DNA of 63,930 nucleotides, the filler included, from Lama guanicoe (taxonomy: Eukaryota): assembly GCA_013239625.1 (NCBI GenBank). It is 210 parts of 210 records of this genome, joined end to end, with 100 filler letters (N's around TTAATTAATTAA, not from the genome) between each part and the next. Parts side by side here need not be neighbours in the genome. Positions count along the whole stretch, not along the records: positions 1 to 204 come from PNXV01032906.1; positions 305 to 508 come from PNXV01032907.1; positions 609 to 812 come from PNXV01032908.1; positions 913 to 1,116 come from PNXV01032909.1; positions 1,217 to 1,420 come from PNXV01032910.1; positions 1,521 to 1,724 come from PNXV01032911.1; positions 1,825 to 2,028 come from PNXV01032912.1; positions 2,129 to 2,332 come from PNXV01032913.1; 202 more parts are not named here. One strand, given 5' to 3'. This document shows, piece by piece, positions 1 to 11,780 of the stretch; position 1 is the first letter of the stretch; every line of letters begins with the position of its first letter. The notes below the pieces were generated by a model, which searched no databases, had not been told where the DNA came from, and saw only the letters and a program-made list of their open reading frames with translations. A program made the position numbers and the translations under genes.

Positions 1-304
1 TATGATGTATACACCTGCCTTTCGTGTGAAGCCGCCTAACTGTCCAAATTTGAAATCCATCCAAACGTGCAGTGCAGTCAGACGAAGCTCAGCCAGACTC
101 TAAGTTGTCTGTTGTTGCTCTGTCTCTTCTACTGAACTCCACGAGTAAACCATGAGCCAGCTCTTGCTTTCAGGGACAACAGCTCTGTAGGCTACAGGTC
201 CATGNNNNNNNNNNNNNNNNNNNNNNNNNNNNNNNNNNNNNNNNNNNNTTAATTAATTAANNNNNNNNNNNNNNNNNNNNNNNNNNNNNNNNNNNNNNNN
301 NNNN

Positions 305-508
305 TGAAACATATTACTCAAGAAAAAAGAAGATTCCTTTCAAAATATTACTACTCATTGACAATACACCTGGTCCTCCAAGAGCTCTGATGAAGATGTG
401 CAATAAGATCAATGTTGTTCTCATTACTACTAACACAACATTTATTCTGCAGCTCATGGATCAAGAAGTAATTTCAACTTCCAAGTCTTATTCTTTAAGA
501 TATGCATT
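305..508 (+). mobile_element. Tigger1 (pogo/TcMar) transposase DDE-domain fragment, fossil
   Basis: Translates as [58 protein letters not shown], matching the Tigger1 motifs ILLLIDNAPGHP and NTTSILQPMDQGVI. Confidence 0.9.
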
Positions 509-1824
509 NNNNNNNNNNNNNNNNNNNNNNNNNNNNNNNNNNNNNNNNNNNNTTAATTAATTAANNNNNNNNNNNNNNNNNNNNNNNNNNNNNNNNNNNN
601 NNNNNNNNAAAACAAAGGCAGACAGATTCAGAATCAGAGAGACAAATACAGACAAAGGAGCTCCACCCAGCTTGGGAACTTCAGCTACATGAGCAAAGAC
701 CAAACAGGGCAAGGCCCATTTAACCCCTCCCAGGAGTAACCTTAGAAAAGCAAGAAAAGGACTCTTCTAAGCACTGAGGAGTTTCCTTCTTAAAGAAAAT
801 GGAAAGAGGGAGNNNNNNNNNNNNNNNNNNNNNNNNNNNNNNNNNNNNNNNNNNNNTTAATTAATTAANNNNNNNNNNNNNNNNNNNNNNNNNNNNNNNN
901 NNNNNNNNNNNNTTGTAAGATTTTGGTCACAAATTCTTAAAGTAGCCTTTACTTCCTCATATCATTTGAATTCAACATGTACACTTCCATGAAATTCTTG
1001 CCCTACTAAAAGTTTATACAAAATGAGTGTTTGATAAAATTGTGTCAGATTCAGAGAGGGGAGTGACATGTCACTGGCTGTTCACTGGCTACCTAGCCTC
1101 AGAGAGATCCAGCACANNNNNNNNNNNNNNNNNNNNNNNNNNNNNNNNNNNNNNNNNNNNTTAATTAATTAANNNNNNNNNNNNNNNNNNNNNNNNNNNN
1201 NNNNNNNNNNNNNNNNCTCCGGCTGCTTGTCTGAGACTTTAGGACCATAAAACTGCATGAGGACACAGCAACAGGTCAGAACGATCCAAAGTCATAAAAC
1301 CCTGGCTTCCACAGCAGTTAGCTCATCTCCTGATGGCATCAGCTGCCTACTTTCTTCCAGGAGGAAGGACTGTGTTCTGACATGTCTCCATCACTCCCAC
1401 CGTGGTGGAAGCTACAACAGNNNNNNNNNNNNNNNNNNNNNNNNNNNNNNNNNNNNNNNNNNNNTTAATTAATTAANNNNNNNNNNNNNNNNNNNNNNNN
1501 NNNNNNNNNNNNNNNNNNNNGGGGAGCAGTGGCCTCCAAAGGACCAGGGCTCTGGCCTCCCTGAACAGACAACATCCTTTCCTGGACTCCTTGTGGCCCA
1601 GAGGCTGCTCCCACATGCTCCCCTGAGGGTGGGAGGGTCGGTGACAGAACACCATAGTCCCTCTTGCTCAGGTTTTCCCCAGGCTCTTCCTATTTCTTAC
1701 CCCTGTTACAGGCTCACAGTGGCANNNNNNNNNNNNNNNNNNNNNNNNNNNNNNNNNNNNNNNNNNNNTTAATTAATTAANNNNNNNNNNNNNNNNNNNN
1801 NNNNNNNNNNNNNNNNNNNNNNNN

Positions 1825-2028
1825 CATAGACTGAAATCGTGGATAGTACCAAACCCTATATATACTATGTTGTTTCCTATACATATATACCCATGATAAA
1901 GTTTAATGTATAAATTAGGCACAGTAAGAAATTAACAACAGTAACTAATAATAAAATAGAATAATTATAACATTATATTTAATAAAAGTTATGTGAATGT
2001 GGCCTCTCTCTCAAAATAAATTTGTCTT
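1825..2028 (+). mobile_element. Non-autonomous TcMar-Tigger element, MER82-like
   Basis: GGATAGTACCAAACCCTATATATACTATG...GATAAAGTTTAATGTATAAATTAGGCACAGTAAGA...AATAAAAGTTATGTGAATGTGG resembles the recalled consensus; subfamily name uncertain. Confidence 0.7.
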
Positions 2029-2128
2029 NNNNNNNNNNNNNNNNNNNNNNNNNNNNNNNNNNNNNNNNNNNNTTAATTAATTAANNNNNNNNNNNNNNNN
2101 NNNNNNNNNNNNNNNNNNNNNNNNNNNN

Positions 2129-2940
2129 GTTTGTGGTCATAGCAGTGGGGCATGGGAGTAGAATGGCATTTTAATGTTACAGTAGAATCAAGCCCCAAAC
2201 ACCTTGGACTTTCTTTTTCATGCTCACATACTCTGGGAGTCAACGAGACCACTGCTTATTTAGAAAGTAACCTAAAATTAACCCCTTTAGATTCTGAATC
2301 GTCTCTAGTGTGCTGATATGCGTATGTCAGTGNNNNNNNNNNNNNNNNNNNNNNNNNNNNNNNNNNNNNNNNNNNNTTAATTAATTAANNNNNNNNNNNN
2401 NNNNNNNNNNNNNNNNNNNNNNNNNNNNNNNNGACAGTGGGACCTGGAATGAGGGATGTTTGTGACAGGCCTGGCCATAGCAGACTTGGGAGAAGTGGTG
2501 CTCCCAAACTGGTCACAGAAGGAGTCCCCCATGGAGACGGGCTTAGGTCCAGGCCAGGCTTTGCCCTTGGAGGTGAGAGTGGAGGCCCATCCACCGTGTG
2601 ATCTGTGTCCTGCCCCAAGGGCCAGAGTCCTGGACCNNNNNNNNNNNNNNNNNNNNNNNNNNNNNNNNNNNNNNNNNNNNTTAATTAATTAANNNNNNNN
2701 NNNNNNNNNNNNNNNNNNNNNNNNNNNNNNNNNNNNGTTTGTGGTCATAGCAGTGGGGCATGGGAGTAGAATGGCATTTTAATGTGACAGTTTAATCAAG
2801 CCCCAAACGCCTTGGACTTTCTTTTTCATGCTCACGTACTCTGGGAGCCAATGAGACCACTGCTTATTTAGAAAGTAACCTAAAATTAACACCTTTAGAT
2901 TCTGAATCGTCTCTAGTGTGCTGATATGCGTATGTCAGTG
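2129..2940 (+). repeat. Near-identical contig pair 1 (2129-2332 / 2737-2940), assembly bubble
   Basis: 8 substitutions; first 49 and last 49 bases identical. Confidence 0.95.
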
Positions 2941-3394
2941 NNNNNNNNNNNNNNNNNNNNNNNNNNNNNNNNNNNNNNNNNNNNTTAATTAATTAANNNN
3001 NNNNNNNNNNNNNNNNNNNNNNNNNNNNNNNNNNNNNNNNATTTCAAACCTTACAACTGTATCTCCAGGTGAGGTTAGAGGCCATTTTTTAAGTAATTAT
3101 TGTGTATGTCCTTATTTTCTAAATTCTCTACAATGAATATGATTGTTACAGTAAGAAAAATAAAAAGTAAGGTATCTTTTAAAACATACACACCAATTCA
3201 TTCATTGGGAAAAAAATATTTTAACTATAAAGAAGTAAACAAATNNNNNNNNNNNNNNNNNNNNNNNNNNNNNNNNNNNNNNNNNNNNTTAATTAATTAA
3301 NNNNNNNNNNNNNNNNNNNNNNNNNNNNNNNNNNNNNNNNNNNNTACTTTTGCCTGCCAAAGCTTTGAGCTGAGACTCACTCACTCTCTCTCTT

Positions 3395-3548
3395 TTTTTT
3401 TTTAAAGACTTTTTTAGAGCAGTTTTAAGTTCACAGCAGAATTGAGAGAGTACAGAGATTTCTCATGCCCCCTGCCTCTACACGTGCACGGCCTCCTCCG
3501 TTATCAACACCCCCACCAGAGTGGTACACTGGTCACAATTGATGAACC
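3395..3548 (-). mobile_element. L1MC-type 3' end fragment
   Basis: Poly-T followed by TTTTTTAGAGCAGTTTTAAGTTCACAGCAGAATTGAG...CCCCCACCAGAGTGGTACA...GATGAACC. Confidence 0.8.
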
Positions 3549-4562
3549 NNNNNNNNNNNNNNNNNNNNNNNNNNNNNNNNNNNNNNNNNNNNTTAATTAA
3601 TTAANNNNNNNNNNNNNNNNNNNNNNNNNNNNNNNNNNNNNNNNNNNNCCCCGGGCAACACGGACAGTGGGGAAGCCCAGGGTGCTAACTTGCCTGGACC
3701 CGCTCCTCCTTCAGCCCTCTCTGCTCACAACCCAGGGGGAGGTGGGAGAGCCCGGACAAGAACGTCCCTTCTGTTTGGTGTGGCGAGCCGACACCGGTGC
3801 CCACAGACAGCTGTGTGTTGCGGTGGCCCTGAGCTGTGCGCAGGAATCGTGCTNNNNNNNNNNNNNNNNNNNNNNNNNNNNNNNNNNNNNNNNNNNNTTA
3901 ATTAATTAANNNNNNNNNNNNNNNNNNNNNNNNNNNNNNNNNNNNNNNNNNNNTAGTCATTATTTTAAAAAATCCCATAGGCTTTGATTAAAAATAGAAC
4001 AGAACATCTTAATCTAATAAAAAAAAGTCTTAAAAATTAGAGATCATTAAATCTACTGAGACTAGGTAAATGCTTATCTTAGAGATTAGGAACAAAATTA
4101 AAGTGTCCGCTGTCACCAGTGCAGCTCAAAAGTAACTTAGTAGCCCTACCCCTTGCANNNNNNNNNNNNNNNNNNNNNNNNNNNNNNNNNNNNNNNNNNN
4201 NTTAATTAATTAANNNNNNNNNNNNNNNNNNNNNNNNNNNNNNNNNNNNNNNNNNNNTATTTAAAGCCCTAGCAGAAAATGTGTATCAAATGCAATTACC
4301 TCTCAATGGTCCATGTGGGCCTTATCCTTGAAAATATTTTCACTGTAGACTGTTTGTTTCTGCTCTTGCCATCCTGCTCTGCTCCCCACCCCTAATAGGG
4401 ATGGTCCAGCTAATATACATATAATATATACAATATATTATATACACACATTGTGTGTGTGTNNNNNNNNNNNNNNNNNNNNNNNNNNNNNNNNNNNNNN
4501 NNNNNNTTAATTAATTAANNNNNNNNNNNNNNNNNNNNNNNNNNNNNNNNNNNNNNNNNNNN

Positions 4563-4767
4563 CCCACAAGCACAGGGAGGCTAAACAACATGCTACTAAA
4601 CAATCAATGGTTCACTGAAGAAGTCAATGAGGAAATCAAAAAACACCTGGAGATAAATGAAAATGGAAACACAACGATTCAAAAATCTATGGGATACAGC
4701 AAAAGGTGTTCTAAGAGAGAGGTTTACAGCAATTTAAGCCTTCATCAGGAAACCTGAACAATCTCAA
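4563..4767 (+). mobile_element. L1 ORF2 fragment just downstream of the endonuclease domain, disrupted
   Basis: LNNMLLNNQWFTEEVNEEIKKHLEINENGNTTIQ, frameshift, NLWDTAKGVLRERFTAI*. Confidence 0.92.
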
Positions 4768-5477
4768 NNNNNNNNNNNNNNNNNNNNNNNNNNNNNNNNN
4801 NNNNNNNNNNNTTAATTAATTAANNNNNNNNNNNNNNNNNNNNNNNNNNNNNNNNNNNNNNNNNNNNATATTTTTTAAGGAAAAAGATGACTACTCAAAT
4901 TTTTTATTAAACCCAGATATAAATCTCAGTATATTTCAGCTTCAAGTCAGATGCAGGAAAGTGTCATGCTAGGTGCTGAATGATATTAGAAGATGGGAGA
5001 ATTTGGAGACTAAAAATCCCATAGAATAGAGGAAAGGACACTTCACAAAGAGGTGGAAAAGAAGAGATCTGCNNNNNNNNNNNNNNNNNNNNNNNNNNNN
5101 NNNNNNNNNNNNNNNNTTAATTAATTAANNNNNNNNNNNNNNNNNNNNNNNNNNNNNNNNNNNNNNNNNNNNCGTTTTCCCTCTAGGTGACATACTGGAA
5201 TGTACATGATGTCATTTTTACGCATTATCGATGACCTTTGAATCACTTGGTTAAGATGATAGCCATCTGCTTTCTCTAATGTGAGGAGAACATTAGTATC
5301 CATGTAATTAGCCAGTTTTCTGTAGAAAGTCTGGATTTTTTTACAATGAGAACATCAACAGGACAACATGAATCAATNNNNNNNNNNNNNNNNNNNNNNN
5401 NNNNNNNNNNNNNNNNNNNNNTTAATTAATTAANNNNNNNNNNNNNNNNNNNNNNNNNNNNNNNNNNNNNNNNNNNN

Positions 5478-5682
5478 CTGAAGGGCGTGGAGGAGATAAA
5501 GCAGGGCGAGGAGACAGAGGGGCAGGCAGAATGAGGGTGGTGTGCGATTTTCTGTAGAATCGTTACAAAGATGGAAAAGTTAAACAAAAACGTGAAGGAA
5601 GTGAGGAGTGAACCAGGCAGAGATCTGGGGAGGAAAAGTGACTCTAGGAAGAGAAAACCAGCGCAAACACCTTGAGGCAACA
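5478..5682 (-). mobile_element. L2 3' region fragment
   Basis: Purine-rich stretch GAAGGAAGTGAGGAGTGAACCAGGCAGAGATCTGGGGAGGAAAAGTGACTCTAGG...GCAAACACCTTGAGGCA, typical of antisense L2. Confidence 0.65.
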
Positions 5683-6392
5683 NNNNNNNNNNNNNNNNNN
5701 NNNNNNNNNNNNNNNNNNNNNNNNNNTTAATTAATTAANNNNNNNNNNNNNNNNNNNNNNNNNNNNNNNNNNNNNNNNNNNNGAAGCCCCTGAAGGTTCT
5801 TTCTTGTCCTCACAACTGGGAAAGTGAAGTTATCCTGGTTTTTCCAATAGTGGAGCGGGAGGTAGGACTAAGAGACTTGCACTCACTCCATAAATTGTTG
5901 GTGGCAGAGGATGGTTCTGCATCCTGTCTCCTAATATACTGTCCAGGACTCTTTCCTCCTACACCAGGCTGATTTTCTTGAGTGAAANNNNNNNNNNNNN
6001 NNNNNNNNNNNNNNNNNNNNNNNNNNNNNNNTTAATTAATTAANNNNNNNNNNNNNNNNNNNNNNNNNNNNNNNNNNNNNNNNNNNNAAAAAAAAAAACA
6101 AGGCAAGGCAAGAGTGAAAAATGTTCTCAAAGAGGAAAGGTGTCCATAGGCGAACCAGAGAGTTGCAGGTGACCTAAAATCTAAGCTGTATTTTTCTTTT
6201 CCAGGTTATTAGAAGTAGCCGTCAAAGATGGGCTGATGGAGGTGAGACTAGACCAGTTGGACATGCTTTTCTATATACTGCAAAGGAAGGACNNNNNNNN
6301 NNNNNNNNNNNNNNNNNNNNNNNNNNNNNNNNNNNNTTAATTAATTAANNNNNNNNNNNNNNNNNNNNNNNNNNNNNNNNNNNNNNNNNNNN

Positions 6393-6597
6393 TCATTCTT
6401 GATATGTGCTTGTGTAATCTAGACACTGGCCCCTTTTCAGACATATGATTTGCACATATTTTTCCCATTCTGTGAGTTGTCGCTGAAGAAATGTCCTTCG
6501 CAGTACAAAGCATTTTACTTTTGATTAAGCCCCATGTACCTACCTAGTCTGCTGTTCACTTGTGCATATGGTATCATATTTAAGAAATTATTGCCTA
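6393..6597 (-). mobile_element. Old L1M ORF2 fragment
   Basis: TCAGACATATGATTTGCACATATTTTTCCCATTCTGTGAGTTGTC...GGTATCATATTTAAGAAATTATTGCCTA. Confidence 0.8.
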
Positions 6598-7002
6598 NNN
6601 NNNNNNNNNNNNNNNNNNNNNNNNNNNNNNNNNNNNNNNNNTTAATTAATTAANNNNNNNNNNNNNNNNNNNNNNNNNNNNNNNNNNNNNNNNNNNNAAT
6701 TAATATCCAGGAAAACGTGACTGTGTTACATAATTTATATGCATATTCCCTCCAAAACCAATCAGCTAGAGACAAACAACCCAGCAGAAAAAATGGGCAA
6801 GGGTTAGAAACAGATAATAAGAGACTTCACTGACCCACAAACATAAAAATATATTCTCTTTTGCTGACAGTCACAAAAATGGAAATTAAAATAAAATAAC
6901 TTNNNNNNNNNNNNNNNNNNNNNNNNNNNNNNNNNNNNNNNNNNNNTTAATTAATTAANNNNNNNNNNNNNNNNNNNNNNNNNNNNNNNNNNNNNNNNNN
7001 NN

Positions 7003-8427
7003 AGTCGGGGTCACCCTGCTTGCTGAGAGCTTGCGGTCTGCATGACACCACATCTTCAGCATCGTGGTACTCCCAGCGCCTGGCCCGGCACTCAGCTTGT
7101 AGTGGGCTCTCAGCAAATGTGCGTAACAATTGTAAAAAGAGGTGGGGGATGGTCATGTGACCTGACAAACCCAGCTCTAAGCCCCAAACTCGAAGACATG
7201 GTGTTTANNNNNNNNNNNNNNNNNNNNNNNNNNNNNNNNNNNNNNNNNNNNTTAATTAATTAANNNNNNNNNNNNNNNNNNNNNNNNNNNNNNNNNNNNN
7301 NNNNNNNTTCAAAAAATTTAAATATATTTCTCTATATAGTAGGACAAGGGAGGGAACAGATAGAAATTGTTAGATACAAAGAAAAATTTCTAAAATCCTT
7401 GGTTGATGTACTTCTAAGAACAGTATTGGCTTTTGTAGATTTGAAATGTGTTTTTGAACTTTGGACTCCTGCATGTGGAAATAATACATCTACATGGATC
7501 TCCTGTGTTCCTNNNNNNNNNNNNNNNNNNNNNNNNNNNNNNNNNNNNNNNNNNNNTTAATTAATTAANNNNNNNNNNNNNNNNNNNNNNNNNNNNNNNN
7601 NNNNNNNNNNNNAGGCTGCCCACTGTCATCATCTGAGAAGTTTAAAGTCAGGCTCAGGATAAGGAGCACCATCACAACGAGGTGTCTGTCCACAAGCACT
7701 GTCCCAACATCTCTTCCTGAAAGAAACTGGCTGATGCTCCATGAAGCTCCTACAGAACGTTGTTAAACCCCAGAAGACGGCACTGTGTTCTGTGTTGGAA
7801 GGAGGTGAAATTTCCATNNNNNNNNNNNNNNNNNNNNNNNNNNNNNNNNNNNNNNNNNNNNTTAATTAATTAANNNNNNNNNNNNNNNNNNNNNNNNNNN
7901 NNNNNNNNNNNNNNNNNAATTAGCTCTTCTGAGTTAATCCTTTGGCTTTGATGTTGACAGTTCATCCTTTTGTCATGAGCCATTGTGCTGTCTTCTTGTT
8001 TACAAAGATCTTAAATGTCATGCTCAGTATGTGTATGCCAAATATTAATTTACCCAGAGGTTGTTAACTCAGTTGCTAACTATTTCTTCTTTCTCTGATT
8101 TATCTTTTCATTAAGGTATAAGNNNNNNNNNNNNNNNNNNNNNNNNNNNNNNNNNNNNNNNNNNNNTTAATTAATTAANNNNNNNNNNNNNNNNNNNNNN
8201 NNNNNNNNNNNNNNNNNNNNNNAGTCGGGGTCACCCTGCTTGCTGAGAGCTTGCGGTCTGCATGACACCACGTCTTCAGCCTCGTGGTACTCTCAGCCCC
8301 TGGCCCGGCACTCAGCTTGTAGTGGGCTCTCAGCAAATATGCGTAACAATTGGAAAAAGAGGTGGGGGATGGTCATGCGACCTGACAAACCCAGCTCTAA
8401 GCCCCAAACTCGAAGACATGGTGTTTA
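7003..8427 (+). repeat. Near-identical contig pair 2 (7003-7207 / 8223-8427), assembly bubble
   Basis: 7 substitutions; 49 identical bases at each end. Confidence 0.95.
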
Positions 8428-8832
8428 NNNNNNNNNNNNNNNNNNNNNNNNNNNNNNNNNNNNNNNNNNNNTTAATTAATTAANNNNNNNNNNNNNNNNN
8501 NNNNNNNNNNNNNNNNNNNNNNNNNNNACAAATAGTTTACCAGTAATAAGAATAATTATTAGCAATAGTAATGAAGGATATACGTTGAAATAAATATACT
8601 AATCAACAGATTTTATTACTCAGTGGACACTGGAGTATGAAGGATGCTAACATGACTGCTGCTACAAGTCATGCTACCTTTCTGTCTCTAAATGTCCCCT
8701 CGCTAGTCTGGGAGGGTCCTTCTGGTCCTTTCNNNNNNNNNNNNNNNNNNNNNNNNNNNNNNNNNNNNNNNNNNNNTTAATTAATTAANNNNNNNNNNNN
8801 NNNNNNNNNNNNNNNNNNNNNNNNNNNNNNNN

Positions 8833-9036
8833 ACTGAGAAACTAGAGAAAGTGTTTCTACTGCAACCCATTCCCTTTATGCTAGATGAACGAATGTCTCT
8901 CCACATGCTAAATTCTGAGACTTGAATTTGTGTGAAATCCCTTAATCACCTAGCTTGTTGGGAACACAAAGTTTCTTTTCAGTGGGAAAATGCACTATTT
9001 ACATATACATGGGGATGTACTAGCTCCAACTCGGTT
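8833..9036 (-). repeat. ~250-bp tandem satellite family, copy A
   Basis: Reverse complement contains GAAACTTTGTGTTCCCAACAAGCTAGGT, identical in 37802-38006, and AGCATGTGGA, shared with 28348-28552 and 19200-19404. Confidence 0.85.
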
Positions 9037-9441
9037 NNNNNNNNNNNNNNNNNNNNNNNNNNNNNNNNNNNNNNNNNNNNTTAATTAATTAANNNNNNNN
9101 NNNNNNNNNNNNNNNNNNNNNNNNNNNNNNNNNNNNGCACAGCATTTCTTAAAATTAATTAACCATAGAACTCCTGGTGTATAGAGAAATTAGAGTTTAG
9201 GTAAATGTACATTTGGAAATGATATTCTAAAAAACAAATGGTAATTAGTCAGAAGTATTTAGAATATAAAGAGGAAGGTCTTATAATTTATCATTTAAGA
9301 CAGACATTTTTGAGAATGAAATGGCGCTGTTAATAATTATGNNNNNNNNNNNNNNNNNNNNNNNNNNNNNNNNNNNNNNNNNNNNTTAATTAATTAANNN
9401 NNNNNNNNNNNNNNNNNNNNNNNNNNNNNNNNNNNNNNNNN

Positions 9442-9646
9442 GAGAAAATACAGAAAAGAAGATGAGACATATGGCACACTAAGAAGAGGTGTAACATAAT
9501 AACTGGAGGCAAAGAGGATTAAGAATGGCCAAAAATAATATCTGAAGAGGTAACAACTGAGAATTATCTAGAACTAATGAGTGAAATCAACCCAGATTCA
9601 GAAGTATAAATGCAAAGCAAACCACACTTAAGCATATTATAGTCAC
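9442..9646 (+). mobile_element. Degenerate L1M ORF1 fragment
   Basis: ISEEVTTENYLELMSEINP...TTLKHIIV resembles ORF1p IFEEIMAENFPELMKDINP...TPRHIIV. Confidence 0.65.
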
Positions 9647-9746
9647 NNNNNNNNNNNNNNNNNNNNNNNNNNNNNNNNNNNNNNNNNNNNTTAATTAATT
9701 AANNNNNNNNNNNNNNNNNNNNNNNNNNNNNNNNNNNNNNNNNNNN

Positions 9747-9951
9747 ATTGAAGGTTTGTGGCACTCCTGCATCAAGCAAGTCTCTTGGCACCATTTTTTC
9801 CAACAGCATTTGCTCACTTAGTGTCTCTGCGTCACATTTTACTAATTCTTGCAATATTTCAAACTGTTTCATCATTACTATGTTTGTTATGGTGATTGGT
9901 GACGAGTAATCTTTGGTGTTACTATCATGAAAAGATTATGACTTGCTGAAG
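9747..9951 (+). mobile_element. Tigger1 internal-deletion derivative (Tigger1a-like)
   Basis: Tigger1 5' subterminal sequence TTGAAGGTTTGTGGCA...TCTTTGGTGTTACTAT is joined directly to the 3' subterminal-type AAAAGATTATGACTTGCTGAAG. Confidence 0.8.
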
Positions 9952-10356
9952 NNNNNNNNNNNNNNNNNNNNNNNNNNNNNNNNNNNNNNNNNNNNTTAAT
10001 TAATTAANNNNNNNNNNNNNNNNNNNNNNNNNNNNNNNNNNNNNNNNNNNNATATCAATGTTTGGTTGCTTGGTTGCTTTGTTTTATTCAGGAGATTGAT
10101 GTTGGTATCTTGCTATATCTGTGTAGATTTTTTTTCCTGAAAAATTATGCATAACTTACATAATAAAAAATAAATGAATTTACTAATGTGTAATATATTA
10201 ATGAGGAAAATTTTGAGAAAAATATCAATACCAGAATTCGCATTGGTCTCCAGCAGNNNNNNNNNNNNNNNNNNNNNNNNNNNNNNNNNNNNNNNNNNNN
10301 TTAATTAATTAANNNNNNNNNNNNNNNNNNNNNNNNNNNNNNNNNNNNNNNNNNNN

Positions 10357-10561
10357 TCTGTGTGGAGGCTCTTGGCTACTGATGGTCAGAGTAGGGTCCA
10401 GGCTCTAATAAGCTACAAAGAGGATTCCAAATTGATGCGTACTAGCGCTGGTTTCCATGTGGTAGACTGTGCTCCCAAAGGTAGCTGCTGCCAGTGTCTG
10501 CGTCCTCAGGGTGAGCAGCAGCTGCCTCCTGCCTCCCCAGGAGGCTCTGGAAGATCAGCAG
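10357..10561 (-). mobile_element. L1 5' UTR fragment of artiodactyl/laurasiatherian type
   Basis: GAGGATTCCAAA...CCATGTGGTAGA...GCTGCTGCCAGTGTCTG...CAGGGTGAGC...TGCCTCCTGCCTCCCCAGGAGGCTCT..AAGATCAGCAG. Confidence 0.7.
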
Positions 10562-10722
10562 NNNNNNNNNNNNNNNNNNNNNNNNNNNNNNNNNNNNNNN
10601 NNNNNTTAATTAATTAANNNNNNNNNNNNNNNNNNNNNNNNNNNNNNNNNNNNNNNNNNNNTTTGATCATTATATAAATGGAGTCTTAAAGTATATGTTC
10701 TTAATATCTTACTTTCGTGTAC

Positions 10723-10865
10723 TTTTTTATTTAAGCTTTTTTTATTGAGTTATAGTCATTTTAGAATGTTGTGTCAAATTACAGTGTGGAATTTGAATAT
10801 ACATGAACATACATACATTCATTGTCACATTCTCTTTCACTGTCAGCCACCCCATGATCCTGTAT
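10723..10865 (-). mobile_element. Lineage-specific (camelid-like) L1 3' end
   Basis: TTTTTTATTGAGTTATAGTCATTTTAGAATGTTGTGTCAAATT...ATACATGAACATACATACATTCATTGTCAC; the same terminus occurs in sense orientation at 31398. Confidence 0.75.
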
Positions 10866-11575
10866 NNNNNNNNNNNNNNNNNNNNNNNNNNNNNNNNNNN
10901 NNNNNNNNNTTAATTAATTAANNNNNNNNNNNNNNNNNNNNNNNNNNNNNNNNNNNNNNNNNNNNGCACCAAAGGGAAATTGTTCTCATTTTATGCCTTA
11001 ATTCTCAAAGGTTCAGAATAAATTGATAATATAGACTAATTGCTTACTATTTCATAATAGATTTCCTCCTCTAGAATCAGAAAGACCATTGGTAATGACC
11101 TTTGTGATAAGGTACCTGTCTCAATATCTTTGAGAAGTCTGAAGAAGATTTGCAATTTTCACCACATTTTNNNNNNNNNNNNNNNNNNNNNNNNNNNNNN
11201 NNNNNNNNNNNNNNTTAATTAATTAANNNNNNNNNNNNNNNNNNNNNNNNNNNNNNNNNNNNNNNNNNNNTAAGAGCACATAAACCACAGCCAATGGAGG
11301 AGGGTGGCCAAGTCAGGATAATGAAAACAGGCACATGGTGGTACCCAAGGGCCGTGACCACTTAACCAGAGAACCAGTGGATCTGCATAGAAGGTCCCAG
11401 AAGTGGGGGCGGCACGTGCAGGTCTTAGTGTGTAGAGTTGGTGGGGGATACTGCAGGTGTCTCTAATGACAGGACNNNNNNNNNNNNNNNNNNNNNNNNN
11501 NNNNNNNNNNNNNNNNNNNTTAATTAATTAANNNNNNNNNNNNNNNNNNNNNNNNNNNNNNNNNNNNNNNNNNNN

Positions 11576-11780
11576 TAAATAATGCTGAAATGCCATAGGG
11601 TTGCAAATGTGTTTTCTAATTAGTATTCTTGTGTTCTTTGGATAAATATTGTGGAGCGGAATTGCTAGATGGTATGGTAGTTCTATTTTTAATTTTTTAA
11701 GGACTCTCCATACTGTTTTCCATAGTTGCCGCACTAGTTTACATTCCCACAAACAGTGCGTGAGGGCTCCCTTTTCTCCA
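11576..11780 (-). mobile_element. L1 ORF2 C-terminal (Cys-rich) fragment
   Basis: [38 protein letters not shown] corresponds to ORF2p [38 protein letters not shown]. Confidence 0.95.

Noticed and set aside
249..260. TTAATTAATTAA as piggyBac TTAA target sites, PacI sites or homeodomain-binding arrays
   Set aside because: It always lies between two 44-N runs and is never contiguous with real sequence; six-frame stop design explains it fully.
304..305. ~305-bp periodicity as nucleosome-scale or satellite organisation
   Set aside because: The period is simply contig length plus the 100-bp linker in a size-sorted list.
305..508. Domesticated pogo transposase gene (TIGD1-like)
   Set aside because: Conserved Tigger1 residues are altered (DNAPGH to DNTPGP, QPMDQG to QLMDQE), consistent with a decayed transposon copy.
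7629..7817. 62-aa ORF that terminates in real sequence
   Set aside because: No recognisable homology or supporting signals, and the start sits at the contig edge; this length is expected by chance.
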